This document shows, one piece after another, positions 1 to 13,300 of a stretch of DNA of 46,532 nucleotides. The translations under genes and the position numbers were made by a program. The number at the start of each line of letters is the position of its first letter. The stretch's first letter is position 1. Below the pieces are notes generated by a model that saw nothing but the letters and a program-made list of their open reading frames with translations, made no database searches and had not been told where the DNA came from. This DNA comes from Kudoa neothunni (lineage: Eukaryota; Animalia; Cnidaria), in NCBI GenBank assembly GCA_964304625.1, contig OZ199839.1, positions 2,637,787-2,684,318 on the forward strand, read 5' to 3'.

Positions 1-928
1 TTAACGTTAGGATGTCGTTGCCTAAATTTGATATATTGTTTATTTCATTATTTTTAATAGTTTAAATTGATTGTATTATATTATTAATAGAAATGTTAGA
101 CTTTTACTGTAGTAAGATTTTTTGGAGGTTTACGGAAGTTATTTTCACAAGGTTGTGTTAATTCTCCGTCAGTAGAAAACTTTTTGTTACTGTATGATAA
201 TACTTAAGAAAATTAGTATCGTGCTAAAAAATTGTCCGAGAAGATAACTCAACTTATTGAAGGTTCATCAAGCCGCGGCGATGACGTCTCATAATATGAA
301 TTTTCTGATATTACGCTTATTCAAACTGATTTTTTCATTCGTAATATTGTTTATGTTTCATCCGCAAAACCAAAAATTAAATTATTACATTTCTGTTTTT
401 CAAATAAATTGAACTATAATGTCAATATATAATCAAAAAGTGTGTAAATTTTAAAACGAAACAGATTATGACTGAAGAATTCAACAAACAGCAAAAATAG
501 AAATTTCTGCGTCGTCGGAATCCAAAATCTGCTTATACCGACCACTAATGAAACTTACGTTTTGTTGTGCGTTTTGTTGTTGGTGGCATAATCGTGCTAA
601 ACTTTTGTTTTTTTAAGTTTTATGATAATCGAGTGAATTATGTCTACAAAGAAATCATTATTGCCGAAATGCTGTCAATTTAAACCCATGCATTTCATTT
701 TGTGTACAAAATGATGCGGCTAACAATCAATGCCATTTTTTGTAATGAAGGAAATAAAAATTCAGTTAAATTTTTGTTCTTATCAGCTTAATACTATATA
801 ATAAATTAATTGATAATAATTCAAGTGTAGTCAAATGTCATTAACATTGATTTCTACTTGGGTCGCTGAGCGCCCCACCTTGGCACAGGGGTAATTTTTT
901 TCACTTAGTACAGGGAAGGTTAATATGA

Positions 929-2500
929 ATGAGGTCTAAAAAATTGGAAATTTCGTCGTTGGAAATTATTTCGAAACGAAATGAATTTGTAAAAAACATT
1001 AATAAAGAAGCGGAAGATATGAGCTATGGTTGGTTTCGTAGATTCAACGAAAGATTTAATTTACGACTAAATTTTCATGGTGAGGCAAACATGGTAAACA
1101 TGGAAGCTGTCGATGATTGGAAACTTCAACTAAAAAATATATTGAAAAATTATAAAGCTGAACAAGTGTACAACCTTAATGAAACAGCTTTATTCTATCA
1201 GCAACATCTCAGTAAGACATAAGCTATACAAAAACGACAAAAAGAATCATTAATTTGTTACATGTCGTTAAAAAAACAATTATATCAACATTTAATATAT
1301 GTCAATCATTAACAAATACCGATTAAAATTTGTTAAGAACTATTTTACAATACATTATATTCACGCGAACGTATTTATGGTAACATAGTTTAGAAAGAAT
1401 TTATGTTCTATCTACTGAAATAAATGCAAAATGCTCAAAGTGATAAAAAAGAGTTACGCTTTTATTGGGAGCATCATTATTAGGCGAAAAATTGGAACCA
1501 TTAGTGATTGGTCATCATGAAAACCCTAGGTGTTTTAAAAATTTGAAAGATACTCAAGTTCCTTACTTCTCCAATATGAAAGCATGAATGACCTCGGAGA
1601 TATTTAAGAAATATTTAGTTAAATTAAATTCTAATTACAAATAGCTGAACAAAAAAATTGTGCTATTTCTTGATAATGCGAGTTGCCATTCACCATTACA
1701 ATTATCACATATTGAATTATCATTTTTCCCTAAAAACACAACTAGTGTTCTACAACCTATGGATCAAGGGATTACTAATTCATTTAAAGCTGTTTATAGA
1801 AGATATCTAATAAATAGATCTACATTTTTAGTTGAGAATGATGTCGAACTTAAACCAATTGATTTATTAGATGCGTTGGTATTTGTAAAAAAATCGTGGG
1901 ATCACGTAACGATCCAAATAATATCCAATTGTTTCAAGAAGGCTGGATTTAGATTCGATGATAACGAAGATCCTTATTACTATTTTTTACAAACTTAATA
2001 ATTATACATAGACGAACCCGTAAACCATGAAGTTTTAAATGATATCGACGATCCAGAAATAATACAATGTCAAGATGAAGATGAACTCGTTCAAGTCTGT
2101 GAATTTGAGGGAAACCATGAAAACAACGATGTAACCATGGATGTAGAAAAATTGTCTGATTATGAACCTGAAACATACAAAGAAGTGTCATATACCACGA
2201 AACAAGTGCTGAAATGCTTTGAATATTTAAAGGGACACTTCCTTAAGAATGGATCAAATATTTTGGATTATCTTCACAAACCAGAAGAGGAAATGTTTCT
2301 AGTCTCAAAAAAAAGGATTTAAGCAAACGAAAATAATAAATTTTTGTTTAAAAAAGTAGGATAATATCACATTTCTTATAAAATCGACCAAAATCTTTTG
2401 CGCGCGCTAAATAATAGTGCGAATTAGCCAGCAATGATGTTTAATAAGAACTTTTTCTTTGGTCCCAAATGGATTACGAATTAGCCGTCACCCACTCTAT
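929..2500 (+). mobile_element. Degraded pogo/Tigger-family DNA transposon (CENP-B-like HTH remnant + DDE_1 transposase pseudogene), 5' truncated
   Basis: Manual translation gives S.GWFRRF..RF, QVYNLNETALFY (YNxDETxLFY), KRVTLLLGAS..GEKLEPLVIG..ENPRCFK, LFLDNASCH and FFPKNTTSVLQPMDQGI..FK..YRR, with several in-frame stops. The 3' end has TTTGGTCCC...CGAATTAGCCGTCACCCACTC-TA, resembling a pogo terminal repeat. Confidence 0.9.
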
Positions 2501-2993
2501 ACAGACAATTGAAATACCTTTTTTGTATATTTTTCAAAAGTTCTCAAATTTTGTGTATTCTATTTCAATCTATTTTTATTATTGTGTTTATAACTTAATT
2601 TGTTCGGTAACAATTTTAGATTCTTAGTAACTTTTCGACAAGAGAATGAACGCTTATCTTTTTCAAATTAGCAAATATCCAAAATTATAAATAATTTGAA
2701 TAATAAAAATGTAAAATCATTTAATTGCTATTTTACTGTTTTCCGATTTCGTGTTTTTCATCATAATCAATGTATTATATTGCCAATATTTGGAGTAGAT
2801 TAAATAATTATCTCTTTCAAATTTTAGAAAATACAAAATTTTCGTAAACAATGTTTGATGTAAATGTGTAATTAACGTTTGCATTAATAAAACACAGTAA
2901 TTTCTATAAGGCTCCCCTTACATCAAATAAAATTCACAAGATTTATCTTAAAGAGACAATATTTTTATTTTTTTGTTTGATGTTAATTTAATT

Positions 2994-4052
2994 GGCTAAA
3001 CTACAGTATACGTGTACCAACTTTGGGATCAGATGAGAACGCTCGCTAAAAATCTGCAATGCATTTAATTTGTATATAATATCAATAAATATCTAAAAAG
3101 TGTGCTTAATTCTCGTTTGTAATACTTCCTTAGGAAAAGGCAGTCTGATATATACTTAGGCGAGGTTTCTGGGTTTTTGTTTGTGGCTTTTTTGTATTTG
3201 CGTTTAAAAGCGCCCCAAATAAACTCAATCCGGTTGGTGTGAACTTTTTCACTTGAAACAAACTGTCGTTTATGGATAACTCTTCCATGAACGAAACCTA
3301 AACTTTCTAACTTATTGTATCCAGCCCAACCGTCAGTCCATATTGTAGAACCATCTTCTACGTTATCAATTATTATGTTCTCAAGAACATTTTAATTCCT
3401 GTAGCGGGATATTTAAAAAAAAACATTCATCATTTTCGTCTATTCCTCCAATTAACCAGAAATGTTGGTTCTTTAGAATTCTCCCCACGTTGTACTTTCT
3501 TTTGAAGACAGCAATCTTATCAGTTTGAACTACAACGTTCTCGCCTTCAATTTTTGTGCATTCTTCGCCCAATTTCGAAGCCATCAAATCTCGAATTACA
3601 CTTTTCCACTCTGCAATGGTAGAAAAGGATGAGATATCGTCATAATGTTGTATTTCTTCATAGGTGGCGCTGGGACTTTGGAGAGTATAGAGCAGAAAGA
3701 CAAAACATTTCCACAGTGGAAGCTTTGATAGTTCGAAAATACTGTATTTTCGAATTGAACATCTCTTTCGGAAAAATTTACAATAAAGCTGATGACCATC
3801 ACCAATATCTTTCCTTGCCACCATTTTCACTATCGAGCCACAAAAGCATTTAAGATAGCTACTCAAAGTCCAATATTGATCAGAGTTTCAATTGTATAAT
3901 TTATATCATCTCAAAAATAACCATAATCAAGTATTGTTATGATATCTATATATTCCAATGTGTACATTTTTTTAAAACTCGATATGGCGCAAATATTTCC
4001 CGAGAATATGTGATGCCTTCCGAAGTCGGTACACGTATATTGTAGTTTTGCC
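2994..4052 (-). mobile_element. Merlin (IS1595/ISXO2-like DDE) DNA transposon, full-length with disrupted transposase
   Basis: Imperfect ~33 bp TIRs: GGCTAAACTACAGTATACGTGTACCAACTTTGG at 2994 and GGCAAAACTACAATATACGTGTACCGACTTCGG (reverse complement ending 4052). The ORF has VVVQTD...KRKYNVGR...WLIGGIDE, then after a frameshift GSTIWTDGWAGY...VHTNRIE..WGAFKR. Confidence 0.92.
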
Positions 4053-4369
4053 CAAAAATTATTCCAACGATTGATTTTTGCATATATATAAATAAACCGA
4101 TATTTTAATTTATAAGCCACCAATTATTGTCTAATCAACATAAAAGGCTGATTTTTAATGTAAAATCTATATTGTAAATTTTGTCATTAAAATTTAAAAT
4201 TTAATAGGAAAAAATATGTTTAAGTAATAGAAAAAAGTATTGGTCTATGCGTTCTCAGAATTATGAGAAATTCGTTTTTGTGGCAATAGACCACCCCGAC
4301 ACGAGATTATAGGCTAGCGTGGTAATAACCACAGCCTTACTGGATTGTATACACGTTCCGTTGGTTCTT

Positions 4370-4955
4370 CTAAAATTTAACTTCATTGTATTTCCTTTTG
4401 TATGACGGTTTCATTTCTCCGTATAACAACTCTTATTTCCTTGAGTTTTTTGGAATTTTTGGAATTTTTCGTCAAGTTTTGAAGCCATTAAATCATGAAT
4501 AATACTCTTCCATTAAAAATGGTGGTATACAACTTTATTTTGAAATAAAATTGTAACGTTTCGCAAGTAACCGTTGGGATTTGTATGACGTAAACCATAA
4601 AAATAAAACTTTTCGACAGTGGAAGTTTGGATAATTCTAAAATATTATTTTTTTCTTACTGGGCATCATTTTTGTCAATCTGTACATCTAAATTAATAGC
4701 CTTTGCTAGTATCCTTTTTTGTTGCTATCTTCATTAACACGCCACACAAACCTTTCATGCAACTTTGTAGAAGTCCAAGATTCTGTAAAACTTTAATTGT
4801 ATATATGTTGTTTTCACGAAAATATGCAAAATCAATAATTGTTATATCATCAATGTTCTCTAATGCGAATAATTTCCTAAAACTTCCCATCCCATGCAAT
4901 TATTCAACAATTTACGAGCAAAGCCCAAGTTTGTAACATCTATTGTAAAATAGCC
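4370..4955 (-). mobile_element. Older, truncated Merlin copy of the same family
   Basis: The N-terminus FRKLFALENIDDITIIDFAYF..YTIKVLQNLGL aligns with the copies at ~3950 and ~34030. Decayed VVI..NET....RKYN...KNQ motif near 4370-4430. Degenerate TIR GGCTATTTTACAATAGATGTTACAAACTTGG (reverse complement ending 4955). Confidence 0.75.
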
Positions 4956-5694
4956 AATATTCTGTATAATCCAGGGTAAGTTACGATTCGTTGCATATAT
5001 CACAATCACTTACAGTTGTGGAAAGAAGTTTCCGAATGTTAAAGCATTTTCTCAAAAGTTATGGAATAAACCCAATTTTGGAACGAATAATTATATTTTA
5101 AATATTATATTAAACTGAAATTTGTATAGATAAAACTATATTTAGGTTTATTTCATAAACATTAACTCTATTAATAAAGTTCAAGTTGCGTGCACTAGTT
5201 TTTAAAATGAACGTCAATTTTAATCGTCGAATTTTCGAAAAATGTTCGTCCAAAATTACGTCCTTTAGTTATAAATAATTTTTTTTATTTCCGTTCCGCT
5301 CAACATAAAATCAAGATTTAAAATGTGTATTAATACAAATTTTTGTTTAGTTGATTTCGATTGTTCAATATTATTTTAATAAATGAATGTACCTTTTAAA
5401 TCATTAATTACTGAATTTATTAGCTGTTGACTGTTATTATTTTACCATATTTATAAGAGACGGTATACGAAAATTTAAATTATTTCAAAATTAGATTTAT
5501 TCAATAAAATAAATAAGGAATCTTAAACCAGTTAAAATCTAAAATTTACGATTTTATATATTCACATTGGAATTTATTTTATTGTAAGATTAAATTTCAA
5601 TAACCATTTAAAACCACGAATCAAACAAAAATTTATGAGAAATTATATAAAAAAATTTTTGGTAGTAAATATATAAATTTATTGAAAACATGGA

Positions 5695-8303
5695 TTATCT
5701 AATTCCTTTGCTTGATGCCACCTTCTTGCGATAGATAACCAAATAATAAAACAATCCAGCAGCTACACATAGAATCACTCCAACAACAGATCCTCTATTA
5801 AAATTGTTACATCCCATTTTCAGAAAGATTTTACGATATAATTCCAGCCACTTTCATACTAAATTTATGTTAGCTAATTACAAAAATAATCTTTTTACTG
5901 GTTGGAGTCTGCTTTTGCAATGATATCTGGCGCTAAATATACCATTTTTCAATTATACTTTATATATTCATGTATTTACTAAAAAGTATATTATTGTAAA
6001 ATTACGAAATCAATATTTTAATAAGAAATAAATTATATAATTTTTTATAGTTAGAATATGAATAACTTGTTTACCCCTTAGTTGTGGCACGCGTAATTTT
6101 TGTGGTTGATGGAGCTAATTTTCAAATTTTAAATAAATGTGTAAATAATTGAGTTGATGATTACTAAATATATACTAAATCATTAATTTATTAAACGTGT
6201 TTACCTTGTAGTATCTGTCACACTCTCACCTTCTATAGAATGATTGCATTTCAAATAACCAATTAAAAATACCTTTTCTCACAATATATATTGTATCTCC
6301 GTGCATGTAGTTTTCAGGCTTCACTATTAATTTGTACGATTTGTCCGATGAGACACCAGAGTATGTGATTGAATTGCATTTTGTTTCACAACCAGCACCG
6401 GTGGCAAGACACGGAGTTCCCACTGTAATGGGTTTTGTAGCATCTGTAATATCAATCAATGTATTGTAACATTTTGTTGTTAACATGTCTCTCGGGGGAT
6501 TCATAACTCCCACAAATTTTATGCTCTCGCCATTAAACGAATGTGTTATGGTTAATATTGCACCGTCTAATGAGGGATAATTATTCATCATTTTAATAAA
6601 AATGACCTGTTATCAATTCAGTAATTTCTTTATCTTTATTTATGCCATCAAATTTTATCATCACGGAGTATTGTGTCCCGCGCTCCAATCTTTCGAGTTC
6701 AACTTGTTCAGAACACATTACTCTGCAAGGAAACCTTCCATTGCAATGTACATCAGTGTAGAAATTTGCCCATTCATTCTTTATTTTAATTAAACAAGCA
6801 ATTTTATTAGTGTTCTGAGCCATTGGCTGGAATCGCATTCTTGTATCCATGATATTTATATTAGCTTTTGGAAGCTCGACTACATCTCCGTCTATATATT
6901 TTATTAATAAATTTACTAAAATATATTAACTTGTTTCGAAATAATATTCAAACGTCTTTATTTCTGTTTCGTCATTTTTAGCTTCAATAATTATAATGTA
7001 AGCTGTTCCAGCACTTAAGCTTGTAACACTCTTGCTGCTACAGATATTGTCACAGACCCCGGGCGAACATTGCGCTGTTGTTTTAGCACTAGTTATAGGA
7101 TCAAAAGCCTTTCTTACATAAACTGTGCAGCTAGTAGCGTCAACTGTACCAGAAGATGATTTCATATTTGTTAAATCTAAAGTAAAACCAACGTTTGAAG
7201 GATCTTTTGGAATTATGCCATTGTTTGCAACTATAACAGGGTTAATCGTCTCTTATTGAACTTTTGATACTTGTGTACGTTTTTTTTTGAGGTTCCGTCT
7301 TGGTTACTTCTCGTATATAGACAGATGCTTGTTGATAATCGGTATTGGTATTCATTACAACCTCAGTACATGGATGAATACATGGCTCCGAATTTTTTCT
7401 GCAGTTTTTCACGTATGCACTCTCACCTGCAGTTTGATCTTTTATCATAAATTCGCATAGTTTATCTGGTTTTTGATTCAGAATTGTAATTTTATGTTTT
7501 TCTTCTCCTGACACTTTCGTCACTGTGAAGAAAAATTCAGAATATTCAGAAGCCTTTTTTGTGTAATCATTGTTGATATAATAAACAAAACTAGGGAAAT
7601 AATTGTCACATTCCAAAGTATAATCGTATCGATAGGTTAATAAACTTGACTTCAAAATAGCTCGATTTGATGATTTGCATGTATCACTTGTATCTGATTT
7701 CGCAATATCAATACCGCTTGATTTCAGTTTACATTCTGATATTGGACATATCATGTTATAAGTAAACTTAACTTCTTCGTTCTCTTTTGTTACAGTTATA
7801 TCCGGGTCCAGAACATAGTCTTAGGAAAATTAAGATTATCCAAAAAATAAATGGCATTTTTTAAATGAATTACTTTTTGGTATCATAAATACTTTTTTGA
7901 GTATTGGAGTCGTTTCCAAATCGTCTCTTGAGTTAACGACTTGTATTAAAATAAATTTTGAATAAAATGAAGCTTCTTCCACATCAATACTTTCTTTGTT
8001 GCATGCTACAACGCATTTTGTAGCTGTTAATGTGTCTGTACAACTAAAATCATCGTAAGTCAACTTCTTTTGCTCGTTAAGCTTAGAAATTTTTATGTAA
8101 CATATTTTGTCGGCAACAAAATTTTTCAGTAATATTTTAATTATATCTCTTTTGTTCGCCGCTTTAGTTAAACCAAACTCAAGGTAGTTTGATTTTGTCG
8201 TTGTTTGAGTGTTTATGGAAACTAGATAATATTTAAACAATATTGTAACGAAATTTACATAATGAGAAGGTTAAATGAACCAAAATGATAACTGCTGTCT
8301 CAT
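5695..8303 (-). CDS. Multi-exon type-I membrane protein with ~6 tandem Cys-containing FN3-like modules, TM helix and short basic tail
   Basis: ORFs 7836-8240, 7242-7754, 6926-7165, 6593-6850 and 6226-6591 join through short phase-1 GT-AG introns. Repeated C-x(16-19)-C-x(4-8)-C-x3-C pattern and LSAGTAYIIII / LERGTQYSVMI motifs. Last exons encode MKVAGIIS-GSVVGVILCVAAGLFYYLVIY-RKKVASSKGIR*. The signal-like TAVIILVHLTFSLFS is one base out of frame with the ATG at 8303. Confidence 0.8.
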
Positions 8304-9919
8304 TCTAAACGAAATGAAACCGATGTAATTTGGGTATTAGGGCGTTCCCGAATATTGATCAATTCAATGAACAATGAAATTTTCGATAAATCTTATCATC
8401 ATTTATCGACTATATAAATTTCAAAGCATTGAATTATTTTTTCAAATAAATGATTATCTGTTAATTCTAATAACTATTAAATATATTTTAAATAAAAGTA
8501 ATATAAGAAATTAAATCATTCGAATAAACGTAACATCATAAAATTATCCACAATAAATCTTAAAATTCAAGATGAAAAATTACTTCTAATTCTAATAAAA
8601 TAAATGTGATTGCATCCAAACAATGAGTATCTTAATTTATTGCGTATTATTAACTCTAAACAAGATAAAAAACATTTAAAATAATTATTCCATTCCTCCA
8701 TCTTTCTTACTTTTTTATTTTTTTTCAATGTATAATAATCCATAATCATCATTAACGATCTAGCAAAATGATACTCATTTAAATAACCATTTGAAATTAA
8801 TATTGACCATATAACAAAACAGAAATTATTTCAAAATATTTACTATTATTAATTTCCAGATTGTTTTCCTCAATTTATAATATAATTATTAACAATAAAT
8901 TAGAATATTCTCTTTTATAATCCATCATCCAAGTTTATTAATAAATATAATTGATATTTTATCGATTAAAGAAACTTACTATATTTATAAAAATAATCAA
9001 AAGAAATAATTTTAAGAAAAGTTAATCAGTCAGCAAATTTATTCTATACTTTCTAAATTTAAAACCAAATTCGAAACGTTTGATAATAAATAAAATAATG
9101 ATTAAGTCAATAATGGCATGAAATCGTTTCTATTATCGCTTATAAGAAAATATGTGAAAACATAAATTTGACGATTTTAAATTGTCATTAAATAATATTT
9201 ACTCCAATATTTCAAAAAAATTATCATAACTTTCATTTTATAACGTTAATTAAAGGTGAGAATATTATCCATTTTCTCACTGTAATCACATGAGAGCAAA
9301 AGTATCAATGTTTATACTGTTCAACTCCTATCTCAACGAAAGCTTCTGCTTTATTAATCAACAAATTTAGTTGTTTGCTAATATCTGATATCCTCATAAC
9401 CAACTTTAAATGGATTTATTCATGATATATATTTGTAAAAATTTTTATTTTTTAATAGTTTATGAAAAAATTTCCGGAATAAATATCTCACGCATTAAAG
9501 TACATACACGTATCATTAATGTAAATTCACAGTTACTAAATGAAGTCTCTAGAATGAGCAATTTTAAGAACAAATAATTATGACCAATTTTATTTTTAAT
9601 CTACTTTGTTACCAAGGTGAAACAATTTATTAAAATTTTATTTCAATATTTACTGAAATGACAAAAAAAGAACTTATTTAATTTATTTTCTAAAAATTAT
9701 ACAAAAGAATTTTATTGTAAAGCAAAACAGACGTCAATACATGTATTCTTCTTAAAATAATTCAAAATAAATTACATATATAACATAATATAAAAAATTA
9801 AATTGTCGAATTTATATAAATATGAATTATTTAATAAATAATAAAAGTTTAAATCTTTTTTAATTTTAAGTAAAAAATCGTTGAATATTCGGTGCATGTC
9901 GGGCGCGCACGCAGGATAA

Positions 9920-11107
9920 ATGTATCCAACCATTAGAGAACAAAAGCTAATTGAAGCCCACATTCAGAAAAATTCTGAATGTATTGATGGCGACTATTCA
10001 AGGATTAAATTTCTGAGAGAGGAACATGTGTCATTTTTGGAGGGTTGTTTGAGTGCATTACCAAGGGAATTTCAGTCGTTAAGTGCCAGCCAACCATGGA
10101 TCATGTATTGGATATTGCACTCATTGGAGCTTTTGGGAATTGAAATTGATAACAAAAATTTGGATAATGCAATTGAATATATAACAAAATGTCAGTCGTC
10201 TAGCGGGGGTTTTGGGGGTGGACCTGGACAAGAACCTCACATAGGAAACACATACGCTGCTGTAACGAATCGGCTATTTTGGATCATTATCCATTTTGAA
10301 ATTTAGATATGTTCACTTTCGATCCTCGGTAAGATGGATCCAAAAGCGTACGATGTGGTTGATCGCGCAGGACTGAAACGTTTTATTCTCCGATGCAAAA
10401 ACAGGGATGGATCATATAAAAACGCAATCGATAACGAAACCGATTTGAGGGCGATGTATTGTGCTATAGCGTCAGCTAAGATGTGTCACGTCTTGTCAAG
10501 TGACATGTACCAAGGAACAGTGGAATACATTGCGAAATGTCAGGGTTATGATGGAGGATTTGGTGCGGTTCCCGGTTCTGAATCACATGCCGGTTACACG
10601 TTTTGTGCTGCAGCCACGTTGTCTATGCTTGACGTGGATGCAGAGTTTTTCGACAAAAAGATGCTGCTCAGATGGATAACTCATCGTCAAATGCTTTCGG
10701 AAGGTGGTTTCCAAGGAAGAACCTTTAAATTAGTTGATTCCTGTTACTCCTATTGGATTGGAGCTATATTTTATATCATGTTTGGGGATGAATTTTTTGA
10801 CGATCAAATCAACATTCCTCGTCACATGTTTTCTCGAAGTGCATTACAAGCGTACATTCTTAACAATTGTCAACTCGAGACTGGCGGGCTTATCGACAAA
10901 CCTGGGAAATTTGTCGATGTTTATCACACTTGTTACGCTCTAAGTGGGCTTTCCTTGAGTGGAATTCATCCCGATATTGAAGCTGATCGGTTTATCATTA
11001 CGAATAACAGTGGTGATTTTCTGGTTAGATGCAATGCGACATTTAATCTATGTCATGAAACGCTGAAAAATCTATTAACATATTTCTCAAGTAGAGATGA
11101 GATTTAG
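9920..11107 (+). CDS. FNTB: Protein farnesyltransferase beta subunit (2 exons: 9920-10261, 10307-11107; 380 aa)
   Basis: ASQPWIMYWILHSLELLG, CQSSSGGFGGGPGQEPH, ETDLRAMYCA, ESHAGYTFC, RQM.SEGGFQGRT.KLVDSCYSYW, GGLIDKPGK..DVYHTCYALSGLS (Zn ligands D, C, H present). A 45 nt GT..AG intron at 10262-10306 restores YAA-ICSLSILG. Confidence 0.95.
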
Positions 11108-13300
11108 ATTTCTAAATAACTGTTGTTTTTATTGCACGTGTCGTTTTTTAGCATTATTCCATTTATATTAATATGACCATTAATTTAACACCTGAGTCTA
11201 CTAGTGAATAGGACCTCGCTTTATTATTTCTTATACTAAGAATGTACTGTCTTGAGTGTACGGTGGTATATTCTTGGATTTAAACTATTGTTATTAAGTG
11301 TGCGCGATGGGTGATTGCTCCCAATAAGTTTTCTTTGCTATCACGTCAATTGACTTCTATTGATAGGTGCTTTTTTTGATTTGTGTGATGATTTCGCATT
11401 TAGATTTCCAATTTTCTCCTAAGAATATATTATAGATGCTATATTTATGTTAGTTTAAGATTATTGAGAGTTATATATTTTCTGCGCCGTATCTATGGGC
11501 TAAAAACAAATATATTACCATTGTTTTCGTATTGCAAAAAAAATAATATTTAACTTATTTTTCGTATTGTATTATAGTTTGAAAAGTGTTTTTAGTGATA
11601 ATGATTAGTGATCGAAGGAAATAGAGTAGAATAATTCATGGAAGGAAAAAATTACTTATATTAATTATTTGACTTTTCTCAAGGATGATTTATAAATATT
11701 AAATTTTATGAACAATAATTTAAGGATGCCAAATGTTGAGTTAAATCAGTAATAATATAAGTAAGAACCTTCAATATATATACGAAGAAAAGATCAAGTA
11801 ACTAATTTCGTACTCATCGACCAAAATAATTTATGATCATACGGAGGCTGGAAATTCCGACCTAGTAGAAAAGTATTTGTCATAAATACATATTTTTTAT
11901 AATTTGTTATATTTTACAAGTATTAAAATTTAAAAATAAATAAATATCAGAGTTTTAAACTGTTTATATGAATATAATCAATATTTTGAATAGTAGATTT
12001 TTATTTGGTCGAAAATAAATCAGCTTCCCAAAAGTAATGTTCAAAAGCATTTATCTGTTTATTTAATGATGATGACAATATTTCTTACTTTATTATCGAT
12101 TTAAACAATGATAAATAATTTATAAAATAAGTAATTAACGTTTTTTAAGGGAAAATAATTGATGTTATAATCGATTATATTTGATGAGTTTTCTTAATTA
12201 AATTAAATCAAAAATTATTGATATATTAATAAATATTATTGAATGCCATTTAATTTTTATTTTAAATTAAGAAGATTTTACTTATTTGATACTTTTTTAA
12301 GAACTAAAATCTCCTCGTCTTAGATTTTCTTTATGGAAAATTTTAACGATTATTAAGTATTATTCAAAACGTAATACTGAGAAAAATTAATTAATATGTA
12401 ATTTCACTTTAAAAGTAGAATTTTTAACGTTGGATAATGTATGATATTTTGTAAAACTGAAGACATCCTCTAATGGCTGTACGATAATGAGAAATATTTC
12501 AATGATAACTCGTTATTCTCGTTTACCCTAAACTTCATTTATTTTATCCTATGTTTTCCTTTTGTTTTACGATAGTTTAAATATATAAAAAGCCGTAAAT
12601 ATTGAAAACATAAGTTTTTGATGATATTTCGACTTTAAATTTGTATTTTTACTTATGAAGTAGATGCCGAAAGAAGTCGTGCATCTTCATTCGCCCCAGT
12701 GTACCCACCCAAGGTTGATTCGATCCTTAAAATTCCTTTTTAACTTGAGATTCCTTGAATTGCGCAAATAATATACATTTACTTTAAATAATTGTAAAAA
12801 TTATAATTGAACGCCAGAGAACGATTTTTGAAATTGCGTTAGTGAACTACGATAAATCATGAAACCTAATCCTCTCGAATATGTGACTCTTTTGTATGAA
12901 ATCTCCACCGTGTAATATACGATATTTTATTGTCATCGATTTAGAAATTAGTTTAATAAATCATGTAATAATCCATATCCAAGGATTACAAACAAAATTT
13001 AACCGATTTGGATTGTACTATTACTCATACTTATTTTCTATTTTTCCCTTATAATCAATTATATTATTCAGATTAAATGAGTTTAATAAAAAAATTCTTC
13101 CGCTTTAAAATTGTTTCAAGTTGATAAAATGCAGATTTTGGGATTTGTAACCATATCGAAGGATGGTTGTATATTTGCTGCGTTTTTAATAAAAAAACAC
13201 AAGCTTATTTAATCAACAAAACTAAATAATGGTTGAATTTTTTAGATATAAAAGTTCGTTATTCGTTATGAAAATAGTTGGCCAAGTTTTTAAAGAAATT

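Noticed and set aside
2994-4052. Bacterial IS1595/IS630 elements indicating contamination or a prokaryotic contig
   Set aside because: They are embedded among intron-containing eukaryotic genes, and the motifs fit the eukaryotic Merlin and Tc1/mariner superfamilies.
10734-10943. Short alternative-frame and antisense ORFs overlapping FNTB, AFG1L, XRN1 and the coiled-coil gene
   Set aside because: They are shadows of the real coding frame with no independent motifs.
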